DNA from: Octopus sinensis | Taxonomy: Eukaryota | Direction of reading: 5' to 3' | Length of the DNA: 64,000 nucleotides | Assembly (NCBI RefSeq): GCF_006345805.1 | Contig: NC_043001.1 | Span: 21,762,001-21,826,000, forward strand | Shown here: in pieces, positions 1-13,199 of the stretch | How positions within the stretch are numbered: position 1 is the first letter of the stretch | Layout: each line of letters begins with the position of its first letter | The notes under the pieces: model-generated | What the model saw: only the letters and a program-made list of their open reading frames with translations | Database searches by the model: none | What the model was told of the DNA's origin: nothing | Position numbers and translations under genes: made by a program

Positions 1-297
1 TTAGAAGGCTCGCACTTTCTATGGTCATACAAAACCGTCCAAGGGTGGTCGTGCACATCTTTACATTTCCCCAGTCACCCTACAAAGCCATTAAAAATTC
101 GATAGAAGTGACTTTTTTGTGAATTTTCTATCCAAAACCCAATCAAAATGCCCGAAACTTGATACGCCAATTGAATGCCAGCAGCTGTATGTGACTGGTT
201 GGAGATTTGGACAGTACTCGCGTGTATGTGCGCATGCACGCAGCTGTATATTCATGCACTAGCACTATGACCCAGCATTGCTGGGTCATAGTGCTAG
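1..297 (+). mobile_element. Non-autonomous Helitron, 3' part (truncated by the window start)
   Basis: Homologous to 14630-14930; ends in the hairpin ctatgacccagcattgctgggtcatag followed by CTAG|T. Confidence 0.7.
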
Positions 298-619
298 TAA
301 GATTATATTCATATTATACTAGCATTTCAAGTGAAGGGTTACATCATGCTAAATCAGTTGAGACTGAAATTTCTTCTGACTCAACTTAAGGTTGAAATAG
401 TTTACAACATCCATTTTCCTCCAACCTCTATTTTAGTCAAACCTTAGTAGCCTCATTCTACAGAAGTTGAATTTTACTTGTTATCTAATATATAAAGAAA
501 ATTCTCTTTTGTATATACAGAAATTCTTTCAAATATCTTTTAGCTACAGATGACCATGACTTTTGAACAAGCACAACCCTTGCCCATAGTAAGCTTATAA
601 TATTTTCCAACATTTCTAG

Positions 620-1190
620 TTATTTGTCAAAATAATGCTAATTCAACATCATTTTTACATTCACATTTTCCACAGTTGAATACACTGTACAGGTCTTCTC
701 CCATTTCATGTCCTACCATTTGTTCCATTCCGATGTCATTTCTTTTGTGATTTCAACATCCTGAGATCAACTTCAACCACTTCTGCCCAAATCTCCCTTC
801 ATCTTCCTCTTGCACTGTTTCTTTCCACATGGATCTCCTGGTACTTCTTTACCCAATTACCAACATCCCCATGTATCGACTCTCTTGCAAAACATCCAAT
901 TCATCTCATACCTTGTTTTTTGCTCAGTCCATTGTCCATGCACACTTTCATTACACATCCAATGGAGGAGAACGCTAGCTTCATTTCTTTCCTGCTTTTG
1001 TATATCCTCAACATTCAGTATCTACGTCTCACTACCATGCATTATCACACTTCATACACAATCATTGTACAATCTACCCTTTGCACAAACAGAGAATCCC
1101 CTGGTGTCAGTAGAGGAAATAGCTCCCTGAATTTTTACCACCCTATTCTTATTTTGACTAGTATGATTTCAGAGTAGCCTCCACCACTGT
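620..1190 (-). mobile_element. RTE-clade LINE ORF2 3' fragment (decayed)
   Basis: Minus-strand translation resembles SGGGCSES..RI..GW.KFRELLPLL...GLSL..KGRLY...LRWMC...RPRKTW. Homologous to 8190-8710 and 61130-61610. Confidence 0.75.
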
Positions 1191-1374
1191 TAATTGCATT
1201 GCATAGATAACAGAAGCTTTCAACTACTTCTATAGAACTTTTCAAACATTGTAAAGAGTACATTTTACGGTTATCTTTGAGAGAAAAATTAAAATGAAGC
1301 TTTAAAGCTTGGAACTAGTCAAAGAGTGATATGGCTAAGTTGAAATGGCAGAGATCTTCAGAAATGAAATAATC

Positions 1375-1625
1375 ATCATCATCATTCATCGTTTAACATC
1401 CGCTTTCCATGCTAGCATGGGTTGGACGGTTCAACCGGGGTCTGGGAAGCCAGGAGGCTGCACCAGGCTCCAGTCTAATCTGGCAGTGTTTCTACAGCTG
1501 GATGCTCTTCCTAACGCCAACCACTCCGTGAGTGTAGTGGGTGCTTTTTACGTGCTACCAGCACAGATGCCAGGGGAGGCTGGCAGCGGCCACGATCGGT
1601 TGGTGCCTTTTACGTGCCACAGGCA
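1375..1625 (-). mobile_element. RTE 3'-tail element (5'-truncated LINE end / tail-derived SINE)
   Basis: catcatc..cgtttaacatccgctttccatgctagcatgggttggacgg..ctggatgctcttcctaacgccaaccactcc; family present in more than 15 copies in the window. Confidence 0.8.
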
Positions 1626-2018
1626 CTCTAATGTAAGAACTCGATGTTGGTAATGTAACCAATACAAATGTCACAGTATCCCATATGAAGTGATAGTTTA
1701 CTCTTCAAATGCAAATAAAACTACATATGTAGCCTTATCTGAGACAATGACCTCTCAAATGCTACAGTCATAACCTACATACCTACACAGCTTGGTCACG
1801 GGTTTAAGTAGTGAAACAACCCATCACACAAATTTATATGAAAGAAAAATGTTCAGATGTTGGTTAACTGTGTAACTAGGAATGATATAAACCATGATCT
1901 GAAAATAATAGGTTTGCTGAATAACAATGAATCTCAAAGAAAGCTTCTTCTCGCAAATTTTCTTTTGTCACCTGCCTTTCTCTTTTGCAAAGTTTATGAT
2001 ACAGTGACAGCAGATATA

Positions 2019-2529
2019 CTGTAAATCCTCAAGTATAATCCGCATTTTTTCCCCAAAATTTAAAGGTCAAAATCCTTAGTGCGTACTATACACGAGGTTA
2101 AAAATGAAAATTATTTTCTAAGTAATGTCCGAGTCTCTATTTGCTGTCCGGCAATGTTTATTCAGACGCATTTTGTGATGTCGAGCATGAAAATACCTTA
2201 AGCTAAGCCTGAAAGCAATGAAGTCATAAAAGAATCATCCATAACTTGCAGTAAGCAACATTTACTAAACATTATTACTGTTATTTTTTTATTTTCTGCA
2301 AACAAAATGCACAAAAAAGCTACACGTTTGCATTATGTTATATATACAATAATAATAAAGGACATTAGTGTATACATTTTTACAAACCAAGGACATTATA
2401 TAGACCTCCTTGACTCAAGTTAGAGAAGGGGTTCGTATTATACAAAGGTTTAGGTTTGTCAGAGGTACAGCACCCTAAAAATCCCCTGCATATTATACTC
2501 AAGGGTGGACTATACTCGAGGATTTACGG
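2019..2529. mobile_element. pogo/Tigger-like non-autonomous DNA transposon
   Basis: TIRs c(t/c)gtaaatcctc(a/g)agtata(a/g)tcc at both ends; TA flanks at 2017-2018 and 2530-2531. Confidence 0.7.
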
Positions 2530-3194
2530 TAGATATATAGAAGACAACCTTAGCAGTGGAAGTTCAACAAAAATCATAATCATACTATCACAATGGTTTA
2601 TTCTATAAAAGATCAAAGTATCAAAAAAGGTCCTTCTTAAGTCAAAGTCTCATAAAGTCAGTTTCCTGCATGCTGACATATATTCCCCCCCACCTGGATG
2701 AGACATTGGTTTGTTACAGGAATACTCATTTTCATTAACTGAATGGACTGGAGCAACATGAAATGAAGTGTTTTGCTCAAGAACACAGCACATTGCCCTG
2801 TAACAGGAATTGAAATCACATTTTTACGATTATGAGTACAATCCCCTAAACACTAAGTCGTGTGTCTCCTGGAAAAGGGAGCCAGCCATAAAACGAAATC
2901 CAATATGCACTACAACAAATTATGCAATAAAACCATAGATATATGATGGTGTCAAAACAAAAAAAAAGCACCCAGTGACCTTTGTAAAGACTGGAATTTG
3001 GAAGGGCACCAAGCTGTAGAAACCTTGCCAAAGCAGACATTGGAGACCAACACAACCCTCAAGCTAGGCAAATCCTGTCGAACTGCCCAACCCATGTCAA
3101 CAAAGAACACTGATATTAAATTATGATGATGATGATAAAATACTGAGCCTGTGTTGTACACACTAAATATGGTAACGGTGTGAAGATACATAAA

Positions 3195-3657
3195 GGCGTA
3201 GGAGTGGCTGTGTGGTAAGTAGCTTGCTTACCAACCACATGGTTCCGGGTTCAGTCCCACTGTGTGGCACCTTGGGAAAGTGTCTTCTACTATAGCCTCG
3301 GGCCGACCAAAACCTTGTGAGTGGATTTGGTAGACAGAAACTGAAAGAGGCCTGTCGTATATATGTATACATACATATATGTGTGTATATGTTTGTGTGT
3401 GTGTGTATGTATATATATATACATATATGTACGTGTGTGTGTATGTTTGTGTATTTGTATTTGTCCCCCCAACATCACTTGACAACCGATGCTGGTGTGT
3501 TTACATCCCTGTAACTTAGCAGTTCAGCAAAAGAGACTGATAGAATAAGTACTAGGCTTACAAAGAATAAGTCCTGGGGTCGATTTGCTCGACTAAAGGC
3601 AGTGCTCCAGCATGGCCGCAGTCAAATGACTGAAACAAGTAAAAGAGTAAAAAGAGT
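3195..3657 (+). mobile_element. tRNA-derived SINE (ggcgtaggagtggctgtgtggtaag head, internal (TA/TG)n, (aaaagagt)n tail)
   Basis: A-box/B-box-like head. Multicopy: 10961-11365 (-), 27801-28217 (-), 33351-33737 (+), with partial copies at 9290-9425, 11790-11925, 32680-32840, 36770-36920 and 38340-38760. Confidence 0.85.
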
Positions 3658-4059
3658 ATGAAAGATTATCAATTCATAGCACCAAATTCTTTTATTGAAC
3701 TCATCAGTTTCAGCTTTGTTGATGTTAAAGTGGAAACAAGGAAAGAGGTAGCAGCAGGAGCAGTAGCAGCAGTAGTGTGTAGGCAAACAGTTGTTTTAAG
3801 TTTGAAGTAAGGTGGAAATACTGTGTAAAGAAGATAAATATAAACAGAAGGAAGTGTTGAAACTGCAAGAGAAACTGAGTATTACTGGTAGCAGAGAGAC
3901 AAGTTGTGGTTGTTGCTGTTGTTATTGTTTAGCCCCAGGGTTGTCCTGATCAGGTTGACCTATGATCAATGGCACTCCTGTGAAGACTATCCTGTCTTAT
4001 TCCCAGACATTATATTTATGCAATGTAGTCCAACATTGGCACTTGTGCCTGTGCTAGTA

Positions 4060-4440
4060 GTGTGCCAAGAGCACCATCCGCGCATGATCGTCACCAGAGC
4101 AGCCAACTGGCTCCCGTGCCGGTGGCACATAAAAAACACCATTCGAGCGTGATCGTTACCAACATCGCCTTACTGGCACCTGTGCTGGTGACATGTGTAA
4201 AAAGATTCGAGCGAGGTCGTTGCCAGTACCGCCTGACTGGCCGCACTGCCGGTGGCACGTAAAAAGCACTCACTACACTCTCGGAGTGGTTGGCGTTAAG
4301 AAGGGCATCCAGCTGTAGAAACTCTGCCAGATCAAGATTGGAGCCTGGTGCAGCCAGCTGGTTCGCCAGCCCTCAGTCAAAATCGTCCAACCCATGCTAG
4401 CATGGAAAGCGGACGTTAAACGATGATGATGATGATGATG
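4060..4440 (+). mobile_element. RTE 3'-tail element with internal ~60-bp repeats
   Basis: gtgccggtggcacataaaaaacacc units, then the conserved tail ending cgttaaac(gat)n. Confidence 0.8.
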
Positions 4441-4983
4441 ACAATGTCCTTCTTTTCTTTTTAAGATGGTAGAGTGTGAATTAAGAGAGATTTGGGTGCT
4501 ATTTCCAACAAGTTGAGCAAACACTTAGAAGCATTCTTCTGCGGCTCATAGGGTGTGAGATAATACCAATTAGGTTTGTGAGAGGAAATATCATAGTAAC
4601 TCCAAGATTCCGTTTATAGTCCTCATATATAAAACTCCTTCCAAGTCATCTAGACTCTTAAGGCCAGTTGCCCAGTTTATGTGGATTTTATATTCATCTC
4701 TGGACAGGACACCAGTCCATAGCAGGATTACTCATTTTTGCCAGCTGAGTGGACCAGAGCAATATGAAATGAAGTGGTTTGCTCAAGAACATAATGTATT
4801 GCCTGCTCCAGGAATCAAAACCACAATCTTATAATCATGAGTCCAATACCGTGACCACTAGGTCGCATACCTTCACTAGTCCACATATGTACCCTTAAGA
4901 AGTAGAAAGAACTGTTTTAAGATTACAAATGAGAAACAACTAAGGCAAAAAAAAAAAAATTGCAATATTTGGTGAGGAATTTA

Positions 4984-5205
4984 CTCTGCAAAGCTCTGGC
5001 TGAACTTGGAGTTACAGGTCTAGCAAAGAGGAAGAACACAGATTCAACCACAAAAATGTGCAGAGAGGGCGGCCCCTAGATGGATCTGAATAAAGGGGAC
5101 AGACCAGTGGTTAGCTGCTACAGCATTGCATACTGGGATATGATCAACCCTGGCTGGATCATCTGGGTGAGGGGTCAAATGTTGAAAGAGCTGAAACCCC
5201 ACTTA
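4984..5205 (+). mobile_element. HERO-like (restriction-like endonuclease) non-LTR retrotransposon 3' end
   Basis: Decayed LCKALAELGVTGLAKRK...AERAAPRWI(*)IKG C-terminus followed by a HERO-type 3'UTR gatcaaccctggctggatcatctgggtgaggg...gttgaaagagctgaaacc. Family assignment is from memory of HERO consensus motifs. Confidence 0.6.
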
Positions 5206-5654
5206 ACAGTTAAAAATTTTGCCAAGTTCAACTTTGCCTTTCATTCTTTCAGGGTCAATGAAATAAATACCAGTTGAACACTGGGTTGATGTAACTGACT
5301 AGCCCCCACCCCCAAATTTCAGGCTTTGTGCACATGGTAGAAAGGATAAGAGTCATGAATCCAAGTAATATTTTCATTTGTAATACAAACTTCAGAATAC
5401 AACCAATACAAGTGTCATCCAGTCTGGAAGGACAAAGAAATCAGAGTCAATTCCTATAAATTATTTCCACCATTCTTCACCATGAGAGTAAAACTGGTAA
5501 TCAAATATACAAATATCTTATTATAAGCAAAGGCCTGAAATTTGGTGGGAGGGAGCTAGTCAATTACATCAACCCCAGTGAATGACTGGTACTTATTTCA
5601 TCGACCCTGAAAGGATGAAAGGCAATGCTGAACTCAACAAAATTATAACTCAGA

Positions 5655-5952
5655 ATGAACCATCCGAACGTGGCCGTTGCCAGCTCCGCCTCGACTGGCC
5701 TCCATGCAGGTGGCACATAAAAAGCACCAACCTATCGTGGCCATTGTCAGCCTCACCTAGCACCTGTGCCGGTGGCACGTAAAAAGTACCCAATACACTC
5801 ACGGAGTGGTTGGTGTTAGGAAGGGCATCCAGCTGTAGAAACACTGCCAGATCAGACTGGGCCTGATGCAGCCTCCTGGCTTCCCAGACCCCGGTCGAAC
5901 CGTCCAACCCATGCTAGCATGGAAAGCGGATGTTAAACAATGATGATGATGA
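5655..5952 (+). mobile_element. RTE 3'-tail element
   Basis: Same family; ends gttaaacaatgatgatgat. Confidence 0.8.
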
Positions 5953-6434
5953 ATGTAAAAACAGAAGAAATGCTGCTAAGCATTTTGTCTGACATGCTAA
6001 TGATTCTGCTTGCTCTCCATCTTCATCAAATATACAAATATACAGACAAATGGGTTTACATATAAAAATAGAGACACGTGTGAATAATTCTTTAAATGCT
6101 TGCATTTACAAACTGGAGAAAAAGGTACTCAATTTATAGTTTTTATTTTGAGGTTGGAAGATAAGATACAACCACTAGTGCCATATTTATGATCTTCAGT
6201 AACAAGATGATCACAAATGTAAAATCTGATGGAATTTTGGCATCAAAATAATATTTGTATATGTGTATGCTCTCTCCAAATGTTGGTATTTCGGTGATGA
6301 TAAAGCAATTTTGTACATCTTTTATCTACTGGTTACAGTTAGTATAAGGGAGGCAATCCTTTCTTCGGGTGAAGTAACATCAGAGAGGCTTTGCTCATGT
6401 AGAAACTGCAGGGACTCATGTAGAAACTGTGGAA

Positions 6435-6660
6435 AGCTGGCAGAAACGTTAGCACACCAGGTGAAATGCTTAGCAGTATTCCGTCTGCTGCTACGTTCTG
6501 AGTTCAAATTCCGCCAAGGTCGACTTTGCCTTTCATCTTTTCGGGGTCGACTAAATAAGTACCACTTACACACTGGGGTCGATATAATTGACTTAATCCG
6601 TTTGTCTGTCCTTGTTTGTCCCCTCTGTGTGTAGCCTCTTGTGGGCAGTAAAGAAATAAG
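6435..6660 (+). mobile_element. SINE with Nin/Deu-like central domain
   Basis: gagttcaaattccgcc.aggtcgactttgcctttcatc.tttcggggtcga.taaataagtacca. Further copies at 5200-5345, 5530-5650, 10440-10520, 21660-21860, 29858-30095, 38429-38664 and 61880-62770. Confidence 0.8.
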
Positions 6661-6724
6661 AAACTGCAGGAGCTACTCAGAGGTTTTGAAAATTCTTCTA
6701 AATCCACCTCAATGCTGGTAATCC

Positions 6725-6935
6725 TTCACTATCATCAACAGGTATCTCAGGGTCACAAGTGTTTTGCCCTTTAGCCTGTACACATTACCTGAGTAGGGCA
6801 GCAAGAACTGATCTAGTCTTCACCTGCAGAAAGATTCCACTTGCAATCTCTAATCAATCACAACCACCTTGAGTTGGTTTCAGCTGCTGTGCCAATCTCC
6901 TTGAGATGGCTCTCTGGTCGACCTGGAAAACTGCA
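6725..6935 (-). mobile_element. HERO-like retrotransposon 3' end (second subfamily)
   Basis: ESHLKEIGTAAETNSRWL(*)L resembles the HERO C-terminal AAE.aSRWLW motif; followed by 3'UTR ...gctaaagggcaaaacacttgtgaccctgagatacctgttgatgat. Confidence 0.5.
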
Positions 6936-7139
6936 GTAGGTGAATTCAATGAGGAATGAGGTTGCATGCCATTGCTTGACAAGGGAAAAAAAAATACTCA
7001 CTGCACACTGTAAGGTGGTGGCATTAGGAAGGGCATTCAATTGTAAAAAACATATAACAGACTGGGGCTCAGTACAACCCCGTGGCTTGCCAGATCCTGT
7101 AAAACTGTCCAAGCCATGCCAGCATGGAAAACGGATAAA

Positions 7140-7402
7140 TAATATATAATAAATGCGCCCTTTTAAAGCGTAGCCAGGCTCATGGGCCTGGTTTCCCGGT
7201 TTCAATGGTGTATGTGTTCCCCAGCTGGACGGGATGCCAGTCCATCGCAGCGTTACTCGTTTTTGCCAGCTGAGTGGACTGGAGCAATGTGAAATGAAGT
7301 GTTTTGCTCAAGAACACAACGCACCTCCCAGTCCAGGAATCGAAACCACAATCTTACAATCATGATGCTGACACCCTAACCACTAAGCCACGTGCCTCCA
7401 CA
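7140..7402 (-). mobile_element. tRNA-derived SINE (gtggcttagtggttagggtgtc head)
   Basis: Family also at 2640-2870 (-), 4650-4875 (-) and 12000-12245 (+). Confidence 0.75.
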
Positions 7403-7434
7403 TGGAAAACGGATGGTAAATGATATATATATAT

Positions 7435-8710
7435 CATCATCATTTAATGTCCGTTATCCATGCTGGCAGGAGTTGGATGGTTTGACCAGGGCTGACAAGC
7501 TAGAAGGCTGCACCAGACTCCGGTCTGATCTGGCATGGTTTCTATAGCTGGATGCCCTTCCTAATGCCAACTGCTCCAAGAGTTGTAATGAGTGCTTTTA
7601 CGTGCAACTGGCACAAGTGCCATTTGCATGACACCGGTATCTGCCACAACTGTGATTTCACTTGGCTTGATGGGTCTTCTTCTCAAGCACAACATAATGC
7701 CAAAGGTCTCAGTCATTGCCTCCATGAAGCCCAACACTCAAAAGGAGTTTTTAATGTGCCACCAGTATCAGCTACTTTCCTCCGTGAAGCCCAATGCTCG
7801 AAAGGTGCTTTTCACATGCCACTGGCATGGATGCTAGTTACGTGACACCAACATCAGCCACGACTACAATTTCACTTGGCTTGACGAGTCTTCTAAAACA
7901 CAGCATATCATCAACCATCCAAGAATTTGGACCTGGAAATCTCCATTTCCAGCAACTTTGAGGGCCACCTCCCAGTGGTGTTGGGCGTCAACGAAGAGCC
8001 CTCGACTACAACAAGACGACCAAAGTTTTTTTTTTCCAAGGTCTGGGGTCTCCTGCCCCTAAGCCCTAGACCATCACCTAATCACCCTTACCCGTCTTGT
8101 TGCTTAACAACAACAACAGCATATCATCAAAGGTCTCAATCACTAGTCATTGCCTCAGTGAGGCCCAAAGTTCAAAGTTCGTGCTTCACCACTTCACCCC
8201 ATGTCATCTTGGATCTACCTCCTACTACAGGTTCCCTCCACAGTTAGAGATCGGCACCTCTTTACACAGCTGACCTCGTCCATATGCATCACATGACCAT
8301 ACCAGCACAATTGTCTCTCTTGTACATCACATATGACACCTCTTCTGCCCAACTTACACTGTCAAACATGCACACTGATACAGCACATCCAGCGAAACAT
8401 ACTGGCTTCATTTCTTTCAAGCCTACACATGTCCTCAGCTGTCACAGCCCAGGTTTCACTGCTCTGTAGCATAGCCGTTCACACACAGGGATCATACAAT
8501 CTGCCTTTCACTCTGAGGGAGAGGCCCTTTGTTGCCAGCAGAGGTAGGAACTCTCTGAACTTTGCCCAGCATAATCTTATTCTCACAGCTACGCTCTTGG
8601 AGCACCCACCACCACTACTAACTTGGTCACCTAGATAACGGAAGCTATTTACTACCTCTTGCTTACCTCTCTGGCAGTTGATGGAGTCTATTTTCTGTAC
8701 ATTTTCAGTG
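7435..8710 (-). mobile_element. RTE-clade LINE 3' portion (ORF2 end, 3'UTR, (GAT)n tail), interrupted by a nested insertion
   Basis: ORF 8479-8778 contains VVNSFRYLGDQVSSGGGCSKSVAVRIRLCWAKFREFLPLLATKGLSLRVKGRLYDPCV. It is contiguous with the 3'UTR and tail family found throughout the window. Confidence 0.85.
7915..8115 (+). mobile_element. 5'-truncated retroposon with (ACA)n tail nested in the RTE 3'UTR
   Basis: Flanked by a 15-bp TSD acagcatatcatcaa (7900-7914 and 8116-8130); ends in aacaacaacaac. Confidence 0.7.
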
Positions 8711-8869
8711 TTTATCGTACCTGTACACATGCCACACACACACAGAGAAAATTTCTGACTGACTCTCTGACCTGTCAATTTATTTGACCCCTGATGACTC
8801 CTAGCTCCTTAGATACCATTGACTTTGCTCAACTTCTCAATTTAAAGTGCCCACTACTACCAAATACTC

Positions 8870-9235
8870 ACCTATGTTCATGAATGTTGAGTAATGACCA
8901 AAAGAGTATAATCAGGAATGCAAGTAGCAGAAATGGCATTCCTCCAAAGGATCTCTGAAATAATGTTACTCAACATGGTGCAGCATAACTCACAGATCAA
9001 GGAATCTCTCCAAGTCGAGCTGCTGTTTCTACACAGACAGGTCACCGCTCTGGTACTATGGACATGTGATTAGAATGTGACAGTAAAGAACTGAAAGACA
9101 GATTCTTCAAGCTAAGCCAACTGGAAGGTGACCAGGGACAGACCAAGAACAAGATGGTTGGATGGTTGGGAATCCTGCAAGAAGGTCTAATGACAGCTGC
9201 ATCTGATAGGACCCTACAGAGAAGGAGCCTGAGGA
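8870..9235 (+). mobile_element. RTE-like LINE ORF2 C-terminal fragment (second family)
   Basis: Decayed AEMAFLQRI...LWYYGHVIRM...RPRTRWLD motifs. Confidence 0.6.
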
Positions 9236-10960
9236 CTCTACTCCCATGACCCTCCCAAGAATAGCAAGTAATCAAGATGGATGGATTACCAAATCCACTC
9301 ACAAGGCTTTGATCGGCCCGATGCTATAGTAGAAGCCACTTTCCCAAGGTGCTACGCAGTGGGACTGAACCCGGAATTATGTGGTTAGTAAGCAAGCTAC
9401 TATCCACACAACCACTCCTGTGCCTATATACTCTGTAAATTCATTGGTGTTATGAAGGGCATCCAGCCATAGAAACCATGCCAAAACAGACAACTGGAGC
9501 CAGTTGAAAGCATGCAACATACATGAACGAAGTGAAACATCAAACTACTCTCTAGCACCCTAACCTGTTTAAGGCTGAATTTAAAGATTATAAGTATGGC
9601 CATTCAGGATTTCTTTTAAATTATTTATAAAATTTACAAAGAATTAAGCATAAGACAAAACATACAAAACTGAAAAAAAAAAGAGGATGTGTTTATCAAA
9701 AAGCTGTAAAGTAAAAAGGTATAAAAAAAAATGACTAAAACAATTTGATAAAAGAAAATCAAGAACAGCTTTTTTCACAAGTTCAGAAATCCAAAGTATA
9801 GTAAAGTTAAAACTAAAAGATAGGACAACTAAAAAAAAGCTTCGCTATCATCATTATCATTAATTGTCTGTTTTCCATGCTGGCATGGGTTGGACAGTTT
9901 GACAGGAGCTGTCTGTTTTGGCATGGTTTCTATGGCTGGGTGCCCTTCATAACACCAATCAATTTACAGAGTAAACCATGATCTTGCAATCATGAGTGCA
10001 GCACCCTAACCACATGGCCATGCAATGTCATGTATGCACAAATGAACATACATATATGTATATGCACATCAACCAGTAAAAGATTGTGTAGGGGTAGGGT
10101 TAAGAGGGAGGGGTGACAATGAAGGGAGAGGGGGAATGGAGAAGGTGGCTAGGAGTGAAGAGAGGAGAGTAGGAGTGAAGAGAAGTTAGGAGTCAGAGCA
10201 AGAAAGGAAAGGTGGGTGGGAGGAAGTAGGTGTGAGAGGAGAGGTTAGATGAAGTGGGGAGGAGAGTTGAGCCCATGTGGCACAAAGGAGTGAAGAGAGA
10301 AGATTAATCCCCGTTCACAGCAAAAATGGGAGTCCAGATGGCCCCTGTGCAAGGACAGGTGTTGCAAAGAGTGACTGGTAGAGAGGAAATGGTGTGAGAC
10401 CAAGGTGTCAATGCCAAATCGGATGTCTCAGAGGTGTTCCGTGAACCGGTCGGCCAATTTGAACTCAGAACATAACGGCAGACGAAATACCGCTAACATT
10501 TCTGCCAGCTCGCAATCAAACCATCCAACCCATGCCAGCATGGAAAACGGACGTTAAACGATGATGATGATGATGATATTGCTCGTTTCCAGTCTTCCAT
10601 GAAAACATGTCTGGCCGTGGGGAAATATCATTTTAATTGGAAACAGGCATGTGTTGATGAGAGAAGGGTATCTGCCTATAGAAGATCAGCTTCAACAAAT
10701 TCCATTCCACTCATGCAAGCATGGAAAAGACGATGTTAAATAATGATGATGGTGAAATTAAAATGCTACTTTTCAATACTTGAACTGAAACAGTTCTGTT
10801 CCGTAAAGCATGAACAACAAACTGGAACTCTAACAAATAAAATAAAAGATGTACATCACTCTCTTTCATAATATCCATAATTTTCCACAAATAACAATAA
10901 TAATACATGGCTAATTGCAAGTGCATAGATTTTTTTTTTCTCAGCTAATATAATTCTATA

Positions 10961-11365
10961 CTCTTTTACTCCTTTACTTGTTTCAGTCATTTGACTGCAG
11001 CCATGCTGGAGCACCGCCTTTAGTGGAGCAAATCGACTACAGGATTTATTCTTAGTAAGCCTAGTACTTATTCTATCAGTTTACGTCCCCGTCATTTAAC
11101 GGTGACAGGGATGTAAACACACCAGCATCAGTTGTCAAGCGATGTTGGGGGGACAAACACAGACATACAAACATATACATACACACATACATATACATAT
11201 ATATGATGGGCATCTTTCAGTTTCTGTCTACCAAATCCACTCACAAGGCTTTGGTCGACCCGAGGCTATAGTAGAAACACTTTCCCAAGTTGCCATGCAG
11301 TGGGACTGAACCCAGAACCATGTGGCTGGTAAGCAAGCTACTTACCACACAGCCACTCCTATGCC
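10961..11365 (-). mobile_element. tRNA-derived SINE, same family as 3195-3657
   Basis: Reverse-complement match over the full length. Confidence 0.85.
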
Positions 11366-11999
11366 TATATTTAAAATGATTAATTTTGATTGCACATACT
11401 ATAAAAAGGCCAATTAGTCACATTTCTGAAACACAAAAATCAAGCTACAAAATGTTATCATGTTAAAAGAGCTTTGTAAAAGATATAAGTTAATGATGAT
11501 ACAGCCACAGAGACCAATGGCTAAAGTAGAGTAGATTGATCACTGTTGAGTGCACAACATCAAATGCTGTATTTGATGGCATAAAAGATGCATGGGCATG
11601 TTAGACACATCCCCAATTTCAGCAGCATATATTCAAGAAAAGAAGTTTTAAGTGCTTAAAACATGTAAATATTTAAAGCAATCTAGCAGTACATTGCAAA
11701 ACATTACAAAAGCACTTCAGTTTTAATAGCAATACAAGTAATAATAAAAATGTCATTCTAACTGAATATTATTAATATGGAATCAAGTGTGGCTGTGTGG
11801 TAAAAGAGCTTGCTTCCCAACCACATGGTTCCGGGTTTAGTCCCACTGTGTGGCACTTTGAGCAAGTGTCTTCCACTATAATCTTGTGAGTGGATGTGAT
11901 AGACAGAAGCTGAAAGAAGACCATCATCATCATCATCATCGTTTAGCGTCCGCTTTCCATGCTAGCATGGGTAGAGAGAGAGACAGAGAGAGAGAAGTG

Positions 12000-12245
12000 A
12001 AGGCACGTGGCTTAGTGGTTAGGGTGTCGGCATCATGATCGTAAGATTGTGGTTTCAATTCTTGGACTGGGCGATGCGTTGTGTTCTTGAGCAAAACACT
12101 TCATTTCGCGTTGCTCCAGTCCACTCAGCTGGCAAAAATGAGTCGGGCTACGATGGACTGGCGTCCCGTCCAGCAGGAGAACACATACGCCATAGAAACA
12201 GGGAAACTGAGCCCATGAGCCTGGCTAGGCTTTAAAAGGCTACAT
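12000..12245 (+). mobile_element. tRNA-derived SINE, same family as 7140-7402
   Basis: Reverse-complement match to 7140-7402. Confidence 0.75.
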
Positions 12246-13199
12246 TTATTATTATTACTATATATATAAACACACACACACGTATCTGTCTTTTGTCACC
12301 CATCACAGCTTAACACAGCACTGATATGCTCACATCCCCATAGCTTATTGGTTCCACAAAAGAGACCAATAGAATAAGTACAAGGCTTTAATGGAAAAAT
12401 TAAAAACTGTGATCAATTCATACAACTAAAATTTTTTCAAGGTGGTGCCCCAGCATGGCCACTGTCTAATGACTGAAACAAGTAATAGATAGGTTAGGTA
12501 GAAGAGACTGTCTTGATTAAAATAAGTCTGCAATAGTAGCTAGCATCAGAGACAAAACTAGCTTATGGGAAACCTAGCTTTGCATACAGGACCCAGGGTG
12601 GATTTTTTGAAACCTTTCATTTTTAGACAAGAAGTGCATCTTGCATGTCATCATTTATGGTGCATTATGAACTACACCTTATGAAAATGGACAAAGGATG
12701 TCGACAGAGAGAGACAGGAAAGGGTTTCCGAACAAATGTTTGTTTTTTTTTTATTAAATGCTTACCAAAACAAATTTTCATCTTTCAAACTCAATCAGAA
12801 CGATTTATGCTTGAATGAATATTAAAAACAGAGAGGCATCATTTTCAACATGGCATTAACAAACTATCAGAATTTTAATTATTTTATTCTTAGAGACAGT
12901 TGTACTTCTTTTTCTATTTCCTTATCTCCTTTCATTGCCATATTTCTGATGAAATTCACTGACTTTTGTTTCAATTAATTTTGAAAATAATGACGAATTT
13001 AGTAAAATAACTGTCATTATGAAGTTGGCATAAATTAACATAAATTAACATAAAATTAACATAAAATTTTGATGGAAGACCTTAATGCAGACCATTTTAA
13101 AATAGGAAATGTCTATCAAAAAACTAAGGGCGATCTCATGCAGATTGATATCAAAAAGGTTGAAGAGTACTTATGATTTACGATGACAGCAGCTTCTGA

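Noticed and set aside
1780-1895. Downstream BTB exon candidate with good acceptor and donor (minus strand)
   Set aside because: All three frames contain stops. Other candidates near 11395-11445, 10770-10830, 9590-9705 and 5400-5455 give short, unconvincing peptides or the wrong phase.
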